NCBI GenBank assembly: GCA_009103225.1
Contig: RHPI01002533.1
Location: 1,920,616-1,984,615, forward strand
Reading direction: 5' to 3'
DNA length: 64,000 bases
From: Chlorokybus atmophyticus
Taxonomy: Eukaryota > Plantae > Mesostigma and Chlorokybus algae
Part shown: positions 1 through 13,400 of the stretch, in pieces
How positions within the stretch are numbered: the first letter of the stretch is position 1
Layout of the letters: each line of letters begins with the position of its first letter
The notes under the pieces: model-generated
What the model was told of the DNA's origin: nothing
The model's input: only the letters and a program-made list of their open reading frames with translations
Database searches by the model: none
Made by a program: the position numbers and the translations under genes

Positions 1-1133
1 TATAACAAAGGGTTAAATTCGTTTTAAAAAAGCTGAAATTGGATTAATAATACGGCATTATTAGCTATGCATTCAATATTGCATAACTTTCACAGATCAC
101 TTATGCGACGCTCTTTTAGCGTATGCAAGGGGGGTCGTATAATGTCATATTTGTGAAGTAACACGTCAGTTGGTACTAGCTCATGGATGAATAATTATAA
201 ATGCAATTGTAGTGCATAAGATATGAAGATGATAACATGCGATTATTCTTATCATACATAACTAGACAAGTACTGCTTTGTAGGACAAAACTTGATCATT
301 TTTCACCAGCAGACGCCCTGCGGCTTTTTATCAATTCTGAAGCAACATTCTTACAACTTGTGTGCACACCAAGGATCTCTTTTATGACGGAAAGAAGACA
401 CTCGTGCGATTAGGGTCGTTGAAAACCTTTGCAGAAGTTTTGTCTTTCGAGTAGGATTTTACCAAGCTTTATGGGAAGGAGAGAGTTGCGGTTGCGGATG
501 AAGCGGCTACTCTCGCAGCGGCTGCAAGCCACGATGCCGCCAGCCGCGCATTCAACTTGCATGCAAGCTCACAAACAATTGATCATGAGTTCTATCGAGA
601 CCTGTAATATGTTGTAATGACACTCAAGATTCGCTCGTCAGGGCTGTTTTGCGAGCATTGGTTAATGCGTTGCATATGGGCTTTGCTGGTACGCATACAC
701 AAAGTGAAACATGTGTAGGGTGCAGTAGACTGCAGCAATGCAGCACATGCGTAATGTATCAACAACGCTACAAACTGAAGGTGCCTTGATTGGGTCAGTA
801 ATTTCCTTGCATATCATCCCTGCCCTAGTAGGCGGGCTATTAGCCATACAAGCAGCGCAATACCTTTCCTGGAATGCACAGAAACCAACTTTTTCAATTT
901 GTGCATGCAGAATTGCTGAGTCTTTATTTAAGCCAAGTTGACTTTGCCATTTGCTATTGAAACCGCAACTTTTTAATAGGGAAAGCATGCAGCAAGCAAG
1001 CAAACCGTTACTAGTGTAACAAATAGCAAGCTTAGGAAACATTGGTTTCGTGCAGCACCTTTTTCTTGCCTGATGTGTGCGATAATACATGCCATGCACA
1101 GAATGATCGCAAAGGGGTGCAAATGGGTCCGTG
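1..1133. mobile_element. AT-rich segment, possibly the end of a CAC-terminated DNA transposon inserted in an intron of the DEAH helicase
   Basis: AT-richer than the adjacent coding DNA, with no convincing ORF. It ends in ...GGGTCCGTG (reverse complement CACGGACCC) 16 bp before a helicase splice acceptor. The other end is not in the window, so TIR and TSD cannot be verified. Confidence 0.3.
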
Positions 1134-1149
1134 ATGATGCCGAGTGCAG

Positions 1150-2845
1150 GCGATGCAAAGAGCAGGAAGAGCCGGGCGCACTCAGCCGGGAAGGTGCGCG
1201 GCTGCGGGTTTTGTAGTATACTTTGTGATGGGTGTGTGCTTGCGCATGCGTATATGTATGTGCGCTTGCGTGTGCACGTGTATGTGCATGTGTGCGTGCG
1301 CATGTATGTGTGTGTGCGTGTGCGTGTAAGTGTGTGCTGATGACACCACTCATAGGTGCTATCGCTTGTATTCGCAAGAGGTGTACAAGACCGAACTCCC
1401 CGTCGCCACCGTCCCCGAGATCCAGCGCACCACCCTCGAGGGCGTGGTGCTGTACCTTAAGACGCTCAGCATCTCCAACGTCCTCTCCTTTGAGTTCCTC
1501 GACGCCCCCGAGACGTCCGCCCTCGAGGAGGCCCTCAAGCACCTCTACGCCCTGGACGCCATAGACGCAGAGACGGGGTTGTGGTTAATGTTGGCAACGC
1601 TATGGCTGAACTCCGGCTTGAACCACCTCTCGCGTGTGCGATAATAGAGGCGTGCACACTTGATTGTGTGTAGCGGACGCCATCACGATTGCAGCAGTGT
1701 GCTCTACCGAGAGTGTGTTTATGGGTTCTTCCGGGAGGAGAGGAGACAAAAGAGGGGGTGAAGGACGAGCAAACAACATAAGACAGATGCAAGATCAGCG
1801 TGATCCAGAGTTGCCAACGGGTCAGGACTGGGTGACCACATACAGTTGTTGGCGGTGTATAACGCGTGGGAGCGCGCGGGGTTCGACAACAAGTGGTGCC
1901 GACACATGCATCTGCAGACGCGGTCCGTGCGATTCGCTGTCAACGTGAGGCAACAGCTGGCACAGGTCGTGGGCAAGTACAAAGACAAGGATGACACGGA
2001 TGAGTGAAGTGATGAGAGACAGGGGTGAGAGGGATAGGGGGAGGAAGAGGGATAGGGAGAGTAGGTTGGGTAGTGGTTATAAGGATGTCGATAGGCACAC
2101 TGCCGTGTGCAGAGCGCTCTGCGTTGGGTTTGCCAGCAGGCTTGCGCACAGTCTGCCGCGACACAACGGGTACAAGACGCTGGCGGACAGCCCTGTCCTC
2201 GTGCAGGTGCGTGCATAGCAAGGTGCATGTGTGAGTTGGTGTGCGCATATGTGAGGGTGTCCCAAACTCCTGTGTGTCATGGTCAGGTCCACCCGTCGAG
2301 AGCGGAGCTGGCGGCGGATGAAGATGGCCTCATGCCGAAATGGGTACTATATCAGGAGCTCGTCGCAACAGCGAGACCGTTCATGAGACAGGCGCAAACA
2401 CAGCGTGCATGTGTGTTTGAGTGGATGCGTGCAAGCGTATGCACGTGTGCGCTTGCAAGTGTGTACGTATGCGCGTGTGTGTGTCCGTGCATGCGCGTAT
2501 GGGTATGTGTGTGCACGTGTACACTTACAGCGCCATGCTGCAAACACATTGCACTCCGGGCAGGTGTGTGTGGTGAAGGGCAAGTGGGTCGAGCCTCTCC
2601 TGCGCAAGATGCCCGGCGTGGACATGGACAGGTTGAGCGGACGCGCATCCCGCAGAAAACGGGCTGCCGCTGCTGCTGCGAGTCTGATCGAAGCGCCTCT
2701 CGCGGACGGGTCCACACGCATCACCTCACAACCTCCTTCTGCGCAAGCGACAAATGTTGTTCGTGCCGCGGCAGCGCGGGAGCGGTTTCTACAAGGGAGA
2801 GCGGATAAGAAGGTCATTGCCACACCCGCCAGCAAGAAGCAGTAA
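1150..2845 (+). CDS. DEAH-box RNA helicase (plant DEAH4/DHX40-like), 3' exons only; contains several frameshifts
   Basis: Motif VI AMQRAGRAGRTQPGR|CYRLY (exons 1150-1193 and 1356-), HA2 region PEIQRTTLEGVVLYLK...LDAPETSALEEALKHLYALDAID, GDHIQLLAVYNAW, OB-fold ALCVGFASRLA...HNGYKTL...VHPS...WVLYQELV, stop at 2843-2845. About four frame changes are needed between 1575 and 2000. Confidence 0.85.
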
Positions 2846-3090
2846 GGTTGGGGAACTGTGGTTTGGGTTTGTTGGCTAGCGAGATGTGGAGTGATGGTGG
2901 CGTGTTGAGTCATAGCAACGCAGCGTTGCGGGCAGTTGTGGTATCGTCATCTGGCTTGTGGTTGATTGCGTTTATGCACGTTTATATGGTGACATACGTG
3001 CATGCATGTGGACAGAGTTGATGCCTTTCTTAGCAGGCAAGCACCTGCATAGGTAACGTGCGCGTGCACAGATAAATCAGCAAGTTCGAA

Positions 3091-3134
3091 ATGTGTGGAA
3101 GCGGGCTCGCTTTGAGAGCCCGCTTCCAGCACAT
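3091..3134. other. Short near-perfect hairpin downstream of the helicase stop
   Basis: TGGAAGCGGGCTC (3096-3108) and GAGCCCGCTTCCA (3116-3128) form a perfect 13-bp stem with a 7-nt loop, extendable past a one-base bulge. Confidence 0.6.
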
Positions 3135-4179
3135 CGTGCTTGTGATTGTTAGACTACCGTCGTTGTACACTATGCAAACCCAATGCAACGTTCTGCGTGC
3201 ACCCAAGTTGCAAGACTTCCCTTCAACCCAAGCTGTGTTGTTCCATTTGTCCCACATGCTGTGCGGCACAATGCAGCATACCATTGCCAGTGTGCCAGAC
3301 TCTTGTGCACTGGCAATTGTACCCGGTCCACTTGAGTGCAAGCAAACATGCTGCGGTACTTTTATTTAGTAACTAGGCAGCAGTTTTTTTGTCTGGGGCA
3401 CGCTTTTGCATCTGGCATAGTGTACCCCGCCTGATGTCATCTCTTACTACGCGGTCACACTTTAGCATGATTCATCATGAACTGTTCATGTGTGCCCCCC
3501 CTGGCAGGCACACGCAAGCGCAGCGCATCTGGTATTTGTGAACATGAACAACCAAGGCAGCAGCTTGCTCTTGCCTGCGTTGTGGCTTGCATCCACATGC
3601 AATCAGTCGCGTCACATCTGCTCAAGTGCTTGAGATTCCCTTCAGTGATCTCTAAGCCAATGGTTAACATCGCAACGAATAGAGAAGTTGTCCAGCAACT
3701 TGCATAACTGGCATACAACTGGGCATGGCCTGCACATGTTGTGCGGACTCGGTGCCTCTCTTGTGCAAAGCTTGTCTCTGTCCATGCCTACACCATGGCG
3801 GAGTAAGCACAAAGGAGACACAACTCCTGCTGATAAACAATTTGAGCTTGCGAGCGTGTGTAGCATGGATGTCCTTTCCATAGCATGGCTGCTCGAGCAG
3901 TGATGCGGTGATGGGATGAACTTGTGAATGATTGAAAAGATCTGGTGCTCGCATGGTATTCATGCAAGCATAGTAAGAAGGCGACCCTTATGACTCGTCC
4001 CTTGTGGACAAAGCTGAGGACTGATTTGCAAGGCAACTGAGGCCATTTGTGTGTTGGTATGCGGGTGCCTGGGCTTTATGAGGTTGAGTATAGTTATGCT
4101 CAATGAAGTGCTACCCCCCGGGGGGAAGAAGGGAACCCCGCCACTCTTGCTTCTGCTTCTGCTTCTGCTGCTGCGCGCG

Positions 4180-4638
<459 letters not shown>

Positions 4639-5024
4639 GCCCGTAATATGCGCCACCTCGCACTTGAAACAATGACATCTCACATGTGGCGGAAAAATGC
4701 GAGAGACAGAAAGCAATCAATCCCCATGCAAGGCTGCACCAACGATTGACTCAAAACGCAGCGTCACTGCTACCAACAACTTTGCACATACGCAATACAT
4801 GCAACCAACATTTCGCTGTACTGCCCATGACCTCGCACCACTCCGCAGTCGTTGCATCTCATATCACTACCATATCGTCTGATGTTATTGCCCATCACCA
4901 GCCGCACGGGTTTCACGACACATCCATACCAATTCAGAGTTGTCCTGCAGCACACAGTTCGCTCTCAGGGACTGCTACGAACTACTGGGGTATACCGACA
5001 GCAAGGTGTGACAAGGTACTAACC

Positions 5025-7869
5025 TCACACTTTGTAGTTCAGAGACTCCATTTCTTCCTCGCATTGCTTGTCGTCAACCAACTGACGCAATGCAATCTCA
5101 GCTTTTTCGGAAGGCTGTGTGCCAGCTCGGACCAGCTCAACCAGCCAGTATACGCCCTTAGCCTCACCGATTGAGCGCCTGCTCGCTGTGTCAGTAGTTG
5201 CGACACTGCCCAGTGCAGATGCAGCCTCGGCCTTGCTGTTGTCCGTGCCGGAGCGCAACAGTTCAACCAGCAGGGGTATGGCTCCGGCCTCGCGGATACG
5301 GCGCGAGCAGTAGCCCCGCTGGTCGCTCTCAGCACCATCATGTGCGACATTGCCAAGTGCACGTGCAGCCTGGGCCTTGTCGTCGTCCGTGCCGGAGCGC
5401 AACAGCTCAACCAGCAGAGGTAATCCTCCAGCATCACAGATTGAGCGCCTGCTCTTTGTGTCAGTCAATGCAACACTGCCCAGCGCGCGTGCAGCCCAGG
5501 CCTTGCTGTCACCCGTGCCAGACTGCAACAGCTTAACCAGCAGGGGAATGCCTCCGGCCTCGCGGATTGAGCGCCTGCTCTCTGTGTCAGTGGATGCGAC
5601 ATTGCTCAGTGCACGTGTAGCCTGGGCCTTGCCGTCGGTAGTGCCGAAATGCAACAGCGCAACCAACAGGAGTATTCCTTTGGCCTCACGGATCAAGTGT
5701 CTGCTCTCAATATCACTGGTTGTGATATTGGCCAATGCATGTGCAGCCTTGGCCTTGCCGTCGTCTGTGCCGGAGTGCAACAGCACAACCAACGGGGGTA
5801 TCCCTTCAGCCTTACGAATCAAGCTCCTGCTCTCATCCTCACACGCGACATTGCCCAATGCAAGTGCAGCTTGCGCCTTGCCATCGGCCGTGCCGAATTG
5901 CAGCAGGGCAACCAACGCGGCTATCCCATCCTCCTTTCCGGCTACACGGATCAAGCGTCTGCTCTCAACATCTGTGGAAGTGACATACGCCAATGCCCGT
6001 GCAGCCTGGGCCTTGCTGTCGTGCGTGCCGGAGCGCAACAGCGCAACCAATGCAGGTATCCCATCCTCCTTTTCGGCCACACGGATTAAGCTTCTACTCT
6101 CAACATCAGTGAGTGCGATATTGGCCAATGCCCGTGCAGCCCAGCCCTTGCTGTCGTCCATGCCGGAGCGCAACAGCGCAACCAACAAAGGTATCCCTTT
6201 AGCCTCGCATATTGAGCGCCTGCTCTCGGGATCGACATCTGCAACAATGGCCAGTGCATGTGCAGCCTCGGCCTTGCCAACAACATCAGCGCCAGATTGC
6301 AACAGCGCAAGCAGTGGCGGTATCGCCTCGCGGATCAGCTCCTTTACCTCCACATCTTCTTGAACTGCTCCATTCTCCGCATCCTCGAGTAGGCATACCA
6401 ATGCTCGTGCCGCACCCTCTTTGCTGTCTGACAGGCCGGCGCGGAGTTTCTTGACCACTTTTGCAATCTGGTTGCTGACACTGCCGGCTGGAGCAGCCCC
6501 GCCTCGCTCTCCTGTACTGCTCTCAAGGCGTTGCAGTACGGACGGAGATACGGACTCGGGGCGCTGAGCAACAATCTCCTGCAACAGAGCCATTGCTTCG
6601 GGGTGCTGTAACGCACGAAGCCCTTCATCCGTCTGCGCTACGCCCTCAAGAGCGGTAGCAGCCACTTTCATGGCAGAGGGCAATCCCAGTTCCAATGTCC
6701 GGAGCAGCGGCATCACGAAAGCATCAGCACCCTGCCGTTGATGTATACCGTTTACCCAGCTGAACTCTTTGTATATGTCGCTGGCTACTGCATCCAGGTC
6801 CACGCCTTCCACTGCATCGTGAGACGCACTGGTGGCAGCCTTGACTGGCGGCTGTAATTTGATGCTTTGCAGAAGACTGCCTTCACCCGAGATACTGCTG
6901 GTGCCTGCCATTGCACAAGTGTCAGACACCAACACGAACACGTGGAACTGCAGCAAGCTCAGCGTAAGTACCTGGCAATGCCGCGATTGCCGTAGCTGTT
7001 GCGCGCAGTGGCTCAGCCACGCGTTTCAACCAAGCCAAAGCTGGGATGTATCGCGCATATGTGACGAACCCCTCCGCTTCCAGCAACTTCACAATCTCCT
7101 GGACCTCTTCCTGTACCGCGTTCAGAATGTCATGGTTGTCTGTCGCACCTACGACCATGTCTTTGATGGTCATCACCATAATGCGGACAGCCTTGAAGGG
7201 GAAACGCTGCGAGTACTCTCTGTCTTTGGCAAACTCATCGGCCGCAACGAGCAACCTTGCTGGTTCAATAGTAGTAAGATTGCTGTAGCAGGCTGCCCGG
7301 TAGACGTCATCGTGGCTGTGCGAGTATTCAATGTAGAGATTGGTATACGCCAGCAGGTTGCGTTGGAATTGCAACAGATCCTGCCGTTCAACAAGGTTGA
7401 TAATATCGTTGCCAACTTGTTCCACTGCCTGCCGCACCTCGTTGAGCGCAGTGGTTTGGCGAAGTGACGCTTGCTCAATCTGCAGACTGATATCGTGGCT
7501 CATGTTTTCCAACTCCTTTTTAAGCTTGTTGTTGTCTTGTTCTCTTGCTGCCTCCCAGCGCTTGAATGTGTTTTTGACGTTTTTGTCTATGGCGTCCAGC
7601 GCTTGGTTGACCAGCTCGTATTGCTGCGCTGCTTCAAGCTGTTTGTGCGCCGTGTAGAGGCGCACGGCGAGGTCTCCAAACCCGAGCACGATGCCAGCGG
7701 CGCTCATGGCGATGGAGAGCGCCCCACCTGTGGCGATGTTGCCGACGATGCTGCTTACTACGGCACCCGCGACCTTGGCTGCCATGCCGTCTCCAGACAC
7801 AGTCTTCTTGGCTGCTTCGAGAACCTCCATTGACGGACCTTCGTCAGGGGCAGCCTTTGGCTGCGGCAT
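5025..7869 (-). CDS. Two-exon gene: helical N-terminal domain with a hydrophobic Gly/Ala-rich segment fused to ~10 Armadillo repeats
   Basis: ORF 5025-6956 has ~10 repeats of the form GIPxLVxLLxSGTDDxKAxAAxALxNVA. A 67-nt GT-AG intron (6971-6905, CTGAC branch-like site) joins the 6922-8052 ORF to it in frame (G|GC). Start placed at MPQPK (7869); an upstream exon ending at ~8087 with a GTGAGT donor is phase-compatible, so the true start is uncertain. Confidence 0.8.
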
Positions 7870-8985
7870 GCCTGCACGGTCTGAGGATGAGAGCGAAAAC
7901 AAGAGATACAAGGGCAATGTAACACACAGCTCTGTGCATGTAAGTGCCATGGTGGTCTGGGCGACTGCTGTTGTCAAATTGCTGGGCTGCAAGTTGACTG
8001 CAAATGTGTGAGAGCGGCCTGCCTGCCTGCAGGCGTCGACCAGACCGCACACATGAGGTTTTCCATGGCAGCGATGGGTTACTCACCTCCCGCTTGCTTG
8101 CGCCTCGCCTCGCTCACCACCTTAACAGCCTCCCTCGCCGCTTCGTCCTCGCCACAACGTCCTCCGCCTCGGACCCCTTCGCCTCCGCCTCCGCCTCCGC
8201 CAACGCCAACGCCGCTCGCAACACAATGCAATGTCCATTCCGTCCATGTTGTACACCTTCAGCCCGAGGCCTCTGCCGCGCCGCGGCCTCCTAAGCCGTG
8301 TTCCGGCTGAGTAAGTAAGAACGCGTTAACCAGCAATCGCTTCGTAATACGCCGCTACCTCCCAGCTCCAGGCGCGGTAACGGCACATGTCGGCTGGAGC
8401 ATTGCATTGCAGCAGGGGCGCTGTTGGTGGGCGCATTGTGTACTGTCCTGAGACGGGTCTAACGGCCGCGGGGTAAATCTAGATAGATCACGCTCGAGAG
8501 CTCAATACGCCTTTCAGGCAAGCTCAAAACCTTCACATTATACAATAATGTGTTATACTATGAATCATGTTATATTATGATATGGTTGATCTCGTTGCTC
8601 ATATGTGAATCAAATTAGATATAGGAGGGGAGCAGTTATCCCTCATTCATATAAATTGACCAGTATGAATCGGCCTTCAAATAGCTTGAGCTGTGAAACC
8701 AAGCCAGTCGACCGCCAGCATCATCGCCTTCGACCGACAGTATCCCGGTTCGATTGACTAAATCAAACGGGAACGGTGCTGATGGACTCGACCACGCAAT
8801 GTTGCAATCCACCTGGGCGGCGCGACCCGCGCGCCGTTGCAGGCTGCAGCAACTTGCAGCCCCCTGCTCGCGACTCCTGGGCCAAGAGTCTTGGCAAGCC
8901 TTTCTAATAATGAGCCTCGCGTTCAGCCGTGGTCTGAGCCAGCCGCGCTTTGCTCCGGTCTGAGCGCGTCTGGGTAAAGGCTAAA

Positions 8986-10490
8986 ATGACTGCTTGCCGT
9001 AGTGGCATCCACGGCAAAGACGGCGGTATGGCTACGGACGGGCGCAGGCACGGCGGCGGCGGCGTCGTAGGCGGCGCGACCTTCACCACCCAGGCCGGCG
9101 TCGGTCTCAGCTTGCTGCCTTCCAGCAATGCCACCGCAGGGGTCTCGTCAGCCTTCTCATCAGGGTCCCCGCTGAGGAGGTTCCATCCTCTGGCCTGGCT
9201 GCATGCAGGAGGAGGGGCCGCGGCCGCCCGGACCAGGTTCGTGCCGCCCCTGGCGTGCATTGCCGCCGCGGCAACAGCTGTCGTAAAAAGAGAAAGGGTG
9301 AGTCAGTAAGAAAGAGCTGTGTGCTGGCATTGGCATTGACATTGGCATTGACATGTTGGCATTGCTGCCGGCGACTTTGTATCTTGCGTGTGCTTGGCTG
9401 ACTGATGTGGCATACGAATCCACTCCTTCAAGTCCTTCTGTGTCACATTTTTTCACGTACAAAGTATATAATTCACCACTGCTGTGGCATAGCGCTGCAC
9501 ACATGCGCCAACACGCATGCACGTGCGCACACGCGTGCGCTTCCAGGCTGCAGCTGGTCTATCTGTATGTGTTGTGGACAAAATCGTTGGAGAGACTGCA
9601 GCATCTTCTTGAAAGCTTGTATACAGTATTGCGTATGCACATACGTGCACACGCCTTGGATACCTGCGTGCGCGTGCGCATTCATGCACGTGTCTGCATG
9701 CATGCCAACAACTCGCGTCCCAACTGTAAATGGACAACTTACAGCGGGCATACGGAATTTGTGCAGAGCTCGGCAGGGAAAGAATATGAAACGCACACGG
9801 GTCTCTCATTCCCGATGGAGTACTGCACGCTTGAGGCTCTGGACTCCAAGGACGTTGAATGCCAGCGTCTTTCTGGTCTCGGCGTGCGCGTGAAAAAGCA
9901 GGTCATCAAGAAGTCGATCCAGGAGTATGCGGTGGGCATCTACGTGGACCACGCCGCTGCCTTAACAGCCCTCGGGGAGACGTACTCCTCGCTCAGCCGC
10001 GCCGCCGTCACACGCAGCGCGTGGCTTGCCAAGGAAGTGCTCAAGTGCGACGACATTGAGAAGAGCGTGCGACTCGTCATGTGCGACAAGGACATCAAGG
10101 CGAGTGATATCAAGAACGCACTCATGAAGTCCCTGCGCATGCGCATGCACGGCGGGCCTGCCAGCGAGGGCCTCCTCGCTGAGTTCGGGCGCCAGTTCGA
10201 TGGCGTGCAGCTCAAGCGCGGCACGCGCGTACACTTTGAATGGCGCAAAGGACACAGACTCACCACCATGGTCGAAGACAGAGAGGTGTGGATAGTAGAG
10301 CATGGCACGCATGGATGGTTGGTTGCTTTGGATATTGAGATAACTTTGTGTCCAGATTATGACAATTCCCTCGCGGGACCTTTGCCATGCGCTGTTTGAG
10401 TTATATATGGGGGACGATCCCCTCGCACCGGAGGCTAAGCAGAAGTTTCAGGAGGCTCTCGCGGAGACGCTCACGCGCAAGGCGAGATGA
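8986..10490 (+). CDS. Chalcone-isomerase-fold fatty-acid-binding protein (FAP-like), probably plastid-targeted
   Basis: Ser/Ala/Gly-rich transit-like exon 1 ending at the 9297 GTGAGT donor; exon 2 YETHTGLSFP...LSGLGVRVKK...YAVGIYVD...LKRGTRVHFEW; last exon IPSRDLCHALFELYMGDDPLAPEAK, stop at 10488-10490. High-GC3 codon usage. Confidence 0.88.
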
Positions 10491-13400
10491 TGAGTTGACA
10501 CGTGTACACGCACATGGTGGGAAGTTCCTGCAAACGCAAGTTGCTCCACCCATTATGTGGTTGTAATATCAGATGCAGCTTTGTGTCACACGTAAGGCCA
10601 CTTGCAGTTACAGCCTTGTTGGCATCAGGGGTTTGTTGGTATGGCCACTGCCCATTTTGCGGTTAGCTCGTTGTTGTATAGGACTGTCACCTTTGCGTGG
10701 CCTTTGTCCGGTTTGTATAGCTATTGTACTGTCACCTTGCAAGCCACGTCCGCTGCTCGCAAAGCTGTTTGCCTATCTAGAAACACGCTACCGCTGGTGA
10801 CGCAGGTACTGCACTGAGTCGGTGCTGCTATGGGGCTATGCATATGGGGTAGATAAGTTTAGCTCATAGATCATAAAGCCTGGCTGTGGTGACTGCAATA
10901 TGATGACGGCTGTGGTTGACTGCTGCTGTGTATGGGCATGTGCATGTCGACTAACTGAGTGCGCATGCAAACACGTTTTGAGCATGTACGATACAGCACC
11001 CAGTACACAATGCTGTGGTGTGCAATGATGTGGCGGTGCAGTCACAACGGCTACAAGCACATATGGGCACATCTGAAACAGCCTGAGCTGTGCTTGCTTG
11101 GATGCAGGCACACGGACCATTTGGGACTGAGACAATCCCTCCACATTGCATCAATTCCTAATCGCGTCTTCTGCTCTGTTGCTGCTGATGCCACTCACTT
11201 TACCGTGAAGTGCGCTTTGTGAAAGCCATGCAGGTGCTGGTGCATGCCATGGGCATGCATCGGCATTCATAATCCAAATAATAATCTAAACTTCTGTGCT
11301 GATGGTATCAAGGTGTGCATGCTGTTTTTGCCGTGAACTCTTGTGCTTATGGTAGTATAGTCATCGTATCGTCCCTAGTGATGGGATGGCGAATTGGGCA
11401 AGTCTTACATGCAGTGTTACACGCAGAGTGCACGGGCTGAAGACCCGACAGGTACAAGATACGATGCTACTGAATTGCCAACCAACCCTTGCAAGTATCG
11501 CCAACGCTGTTTGCCAAGATGCGTTGTATGTGCTGGTATGCATATCACTCATCATCATCAATGACAGCTTGCCTCCCTGAAGGGCCGCACGCAACATAAA
11601 ACCACAATGTCGATTGTAAACACACGCAACAGCTGCGCAATGCCCTTGAGTGCATACATCCAACGCAAATACATCTATCGATTGACAACCACTTGGGGAG
11701 TTGTCATCAGTTGTGCACCTGTCTTCCCGGGGAGAGGGATATCCTCCTCCTCCTCCTCTCTTCTCTCTTCTTTTTCCTGCTGCTCCTCAGACGCAGCATC
11801 ATGATCGCCACCACAACCGCGTCATCGGTGCCGGGATTGCTACTACTGCTCTTGCTTGCTTAGTCTGTCACCCTGCATGACAGCGTAATCACCCATCGGT
11901 GGCTACGTGGACCCAACAGTTGTGTCAATGCCATCAAGCCCACTGCTCAGCTCTTTCCTGCTCTTCACATCCCTGATCTGCACACGCATGTAAGAACAAC
12001 GTCAACTCGATAGACATAGATCAATATTCCTACTCTTTCTCCCAACAAGCAATACCATCAATAACAATAGCAATAAACATGCCTGACTCTGTTGGGTGCG
12101 GGCTCAAGCCTTCCTTGAGCTAGCACGGCTTCGAGGGCCTTCACGACGTCCTCCTCCGGGGTGCCTCTGACGTGCTTCCACACAGCCAGCGACATCCTCC
12201 AATGCATGCTTTGGTGTCGCAACAGCAAGTCACACACACACACACACACACATACAACTCATACGTCATCTATGAGGGGCCTTCAACCCGTTTGCGGTGC
12301 TACTTCTGCTGATCTCCTTCACCCTCACTGGGAAGAGCGCTTCCAGCATCCCCGCCAGTGCTCACATCCCGCGCATCATCTCCACGCACGCTTGTGATGA
12401 GCTTTATTGCTCGCGGGTATGATCTGCAATGCAAGCCCACACATGTTGACGCAAGTGTGCAGCAGCTGTGCATGCGTGTCACATGTACATTGTATATACA
12501 CATCATACACGAATGAACAGAGTCTGCTGTGAACATGGCACGTACACAGCAGCACCATGCGGCGACAGCCACTTGCGCATGGCTCACAATAACAGGGCGT
12601 TAAGTAAACATGTGCTTGTCTACGCGTGCGTGGGTGCGAGCATGTGTGCATGATTAGCTGCACATAAGACATATTTTTCATGTACGCTCGCATGCTTAAA
12701 CAGCCTCTGGTCTGCGACAACCAGCCCACATGCAGGCATGGATGGGCTTTATTGCACTTGACATATACTATTGTTCAAAGTCAGATGCATCTACATACAC
12801 AGCAATGTGCATACTCACCCGCCCATGGCCCGGCAGTCCCAAGTTCATTGTAAAGCGCACTCGTGTATTCGCAATGCACGCGCCAACATACCACGAGGTA
12901 GATGTCTGTGTGAGACACATGCACACACTATCTACAGGCATTGAGGCTGGTGCAAGTGCATTGCTAAGTGCACTCTCAGTCATAGTGTCAGACTTACACG
13001 TGTGTCTGTACAAGCAGACAAAGACAACATGATAAATTAGGGCTTGCACACATCAGATTATGCTGCATCTTGCCACCAGTTGCAGCCACCCTACTCACAG
13101 CTTCATAAATGTCTAACAACCTAAGTAACAAGTCAATGGCCTGACAACATATCAGCCTAGCTAACATAAGAGAGCAGTTGGGTGGGGTGGCAGCCTAGCC
13201 GCCGGCTGAGCTAGCGTTGGAGGGAGAGAAGGGAATGTTTGGGAGCAAAGGGGAGGTGTGACCGGGTAGGGTGAGGGTAGGCAGGTGCTGTGTGGCAGTG
13301 AGAGCATGCGTGCATAGAGTGATGTGCTGTTGGGTGTGCGCACGTTTACAGGCATGGTAGACTTGGGGCAGGGGGAAGGCAGGAGCTGTGTGTGTGTGCG

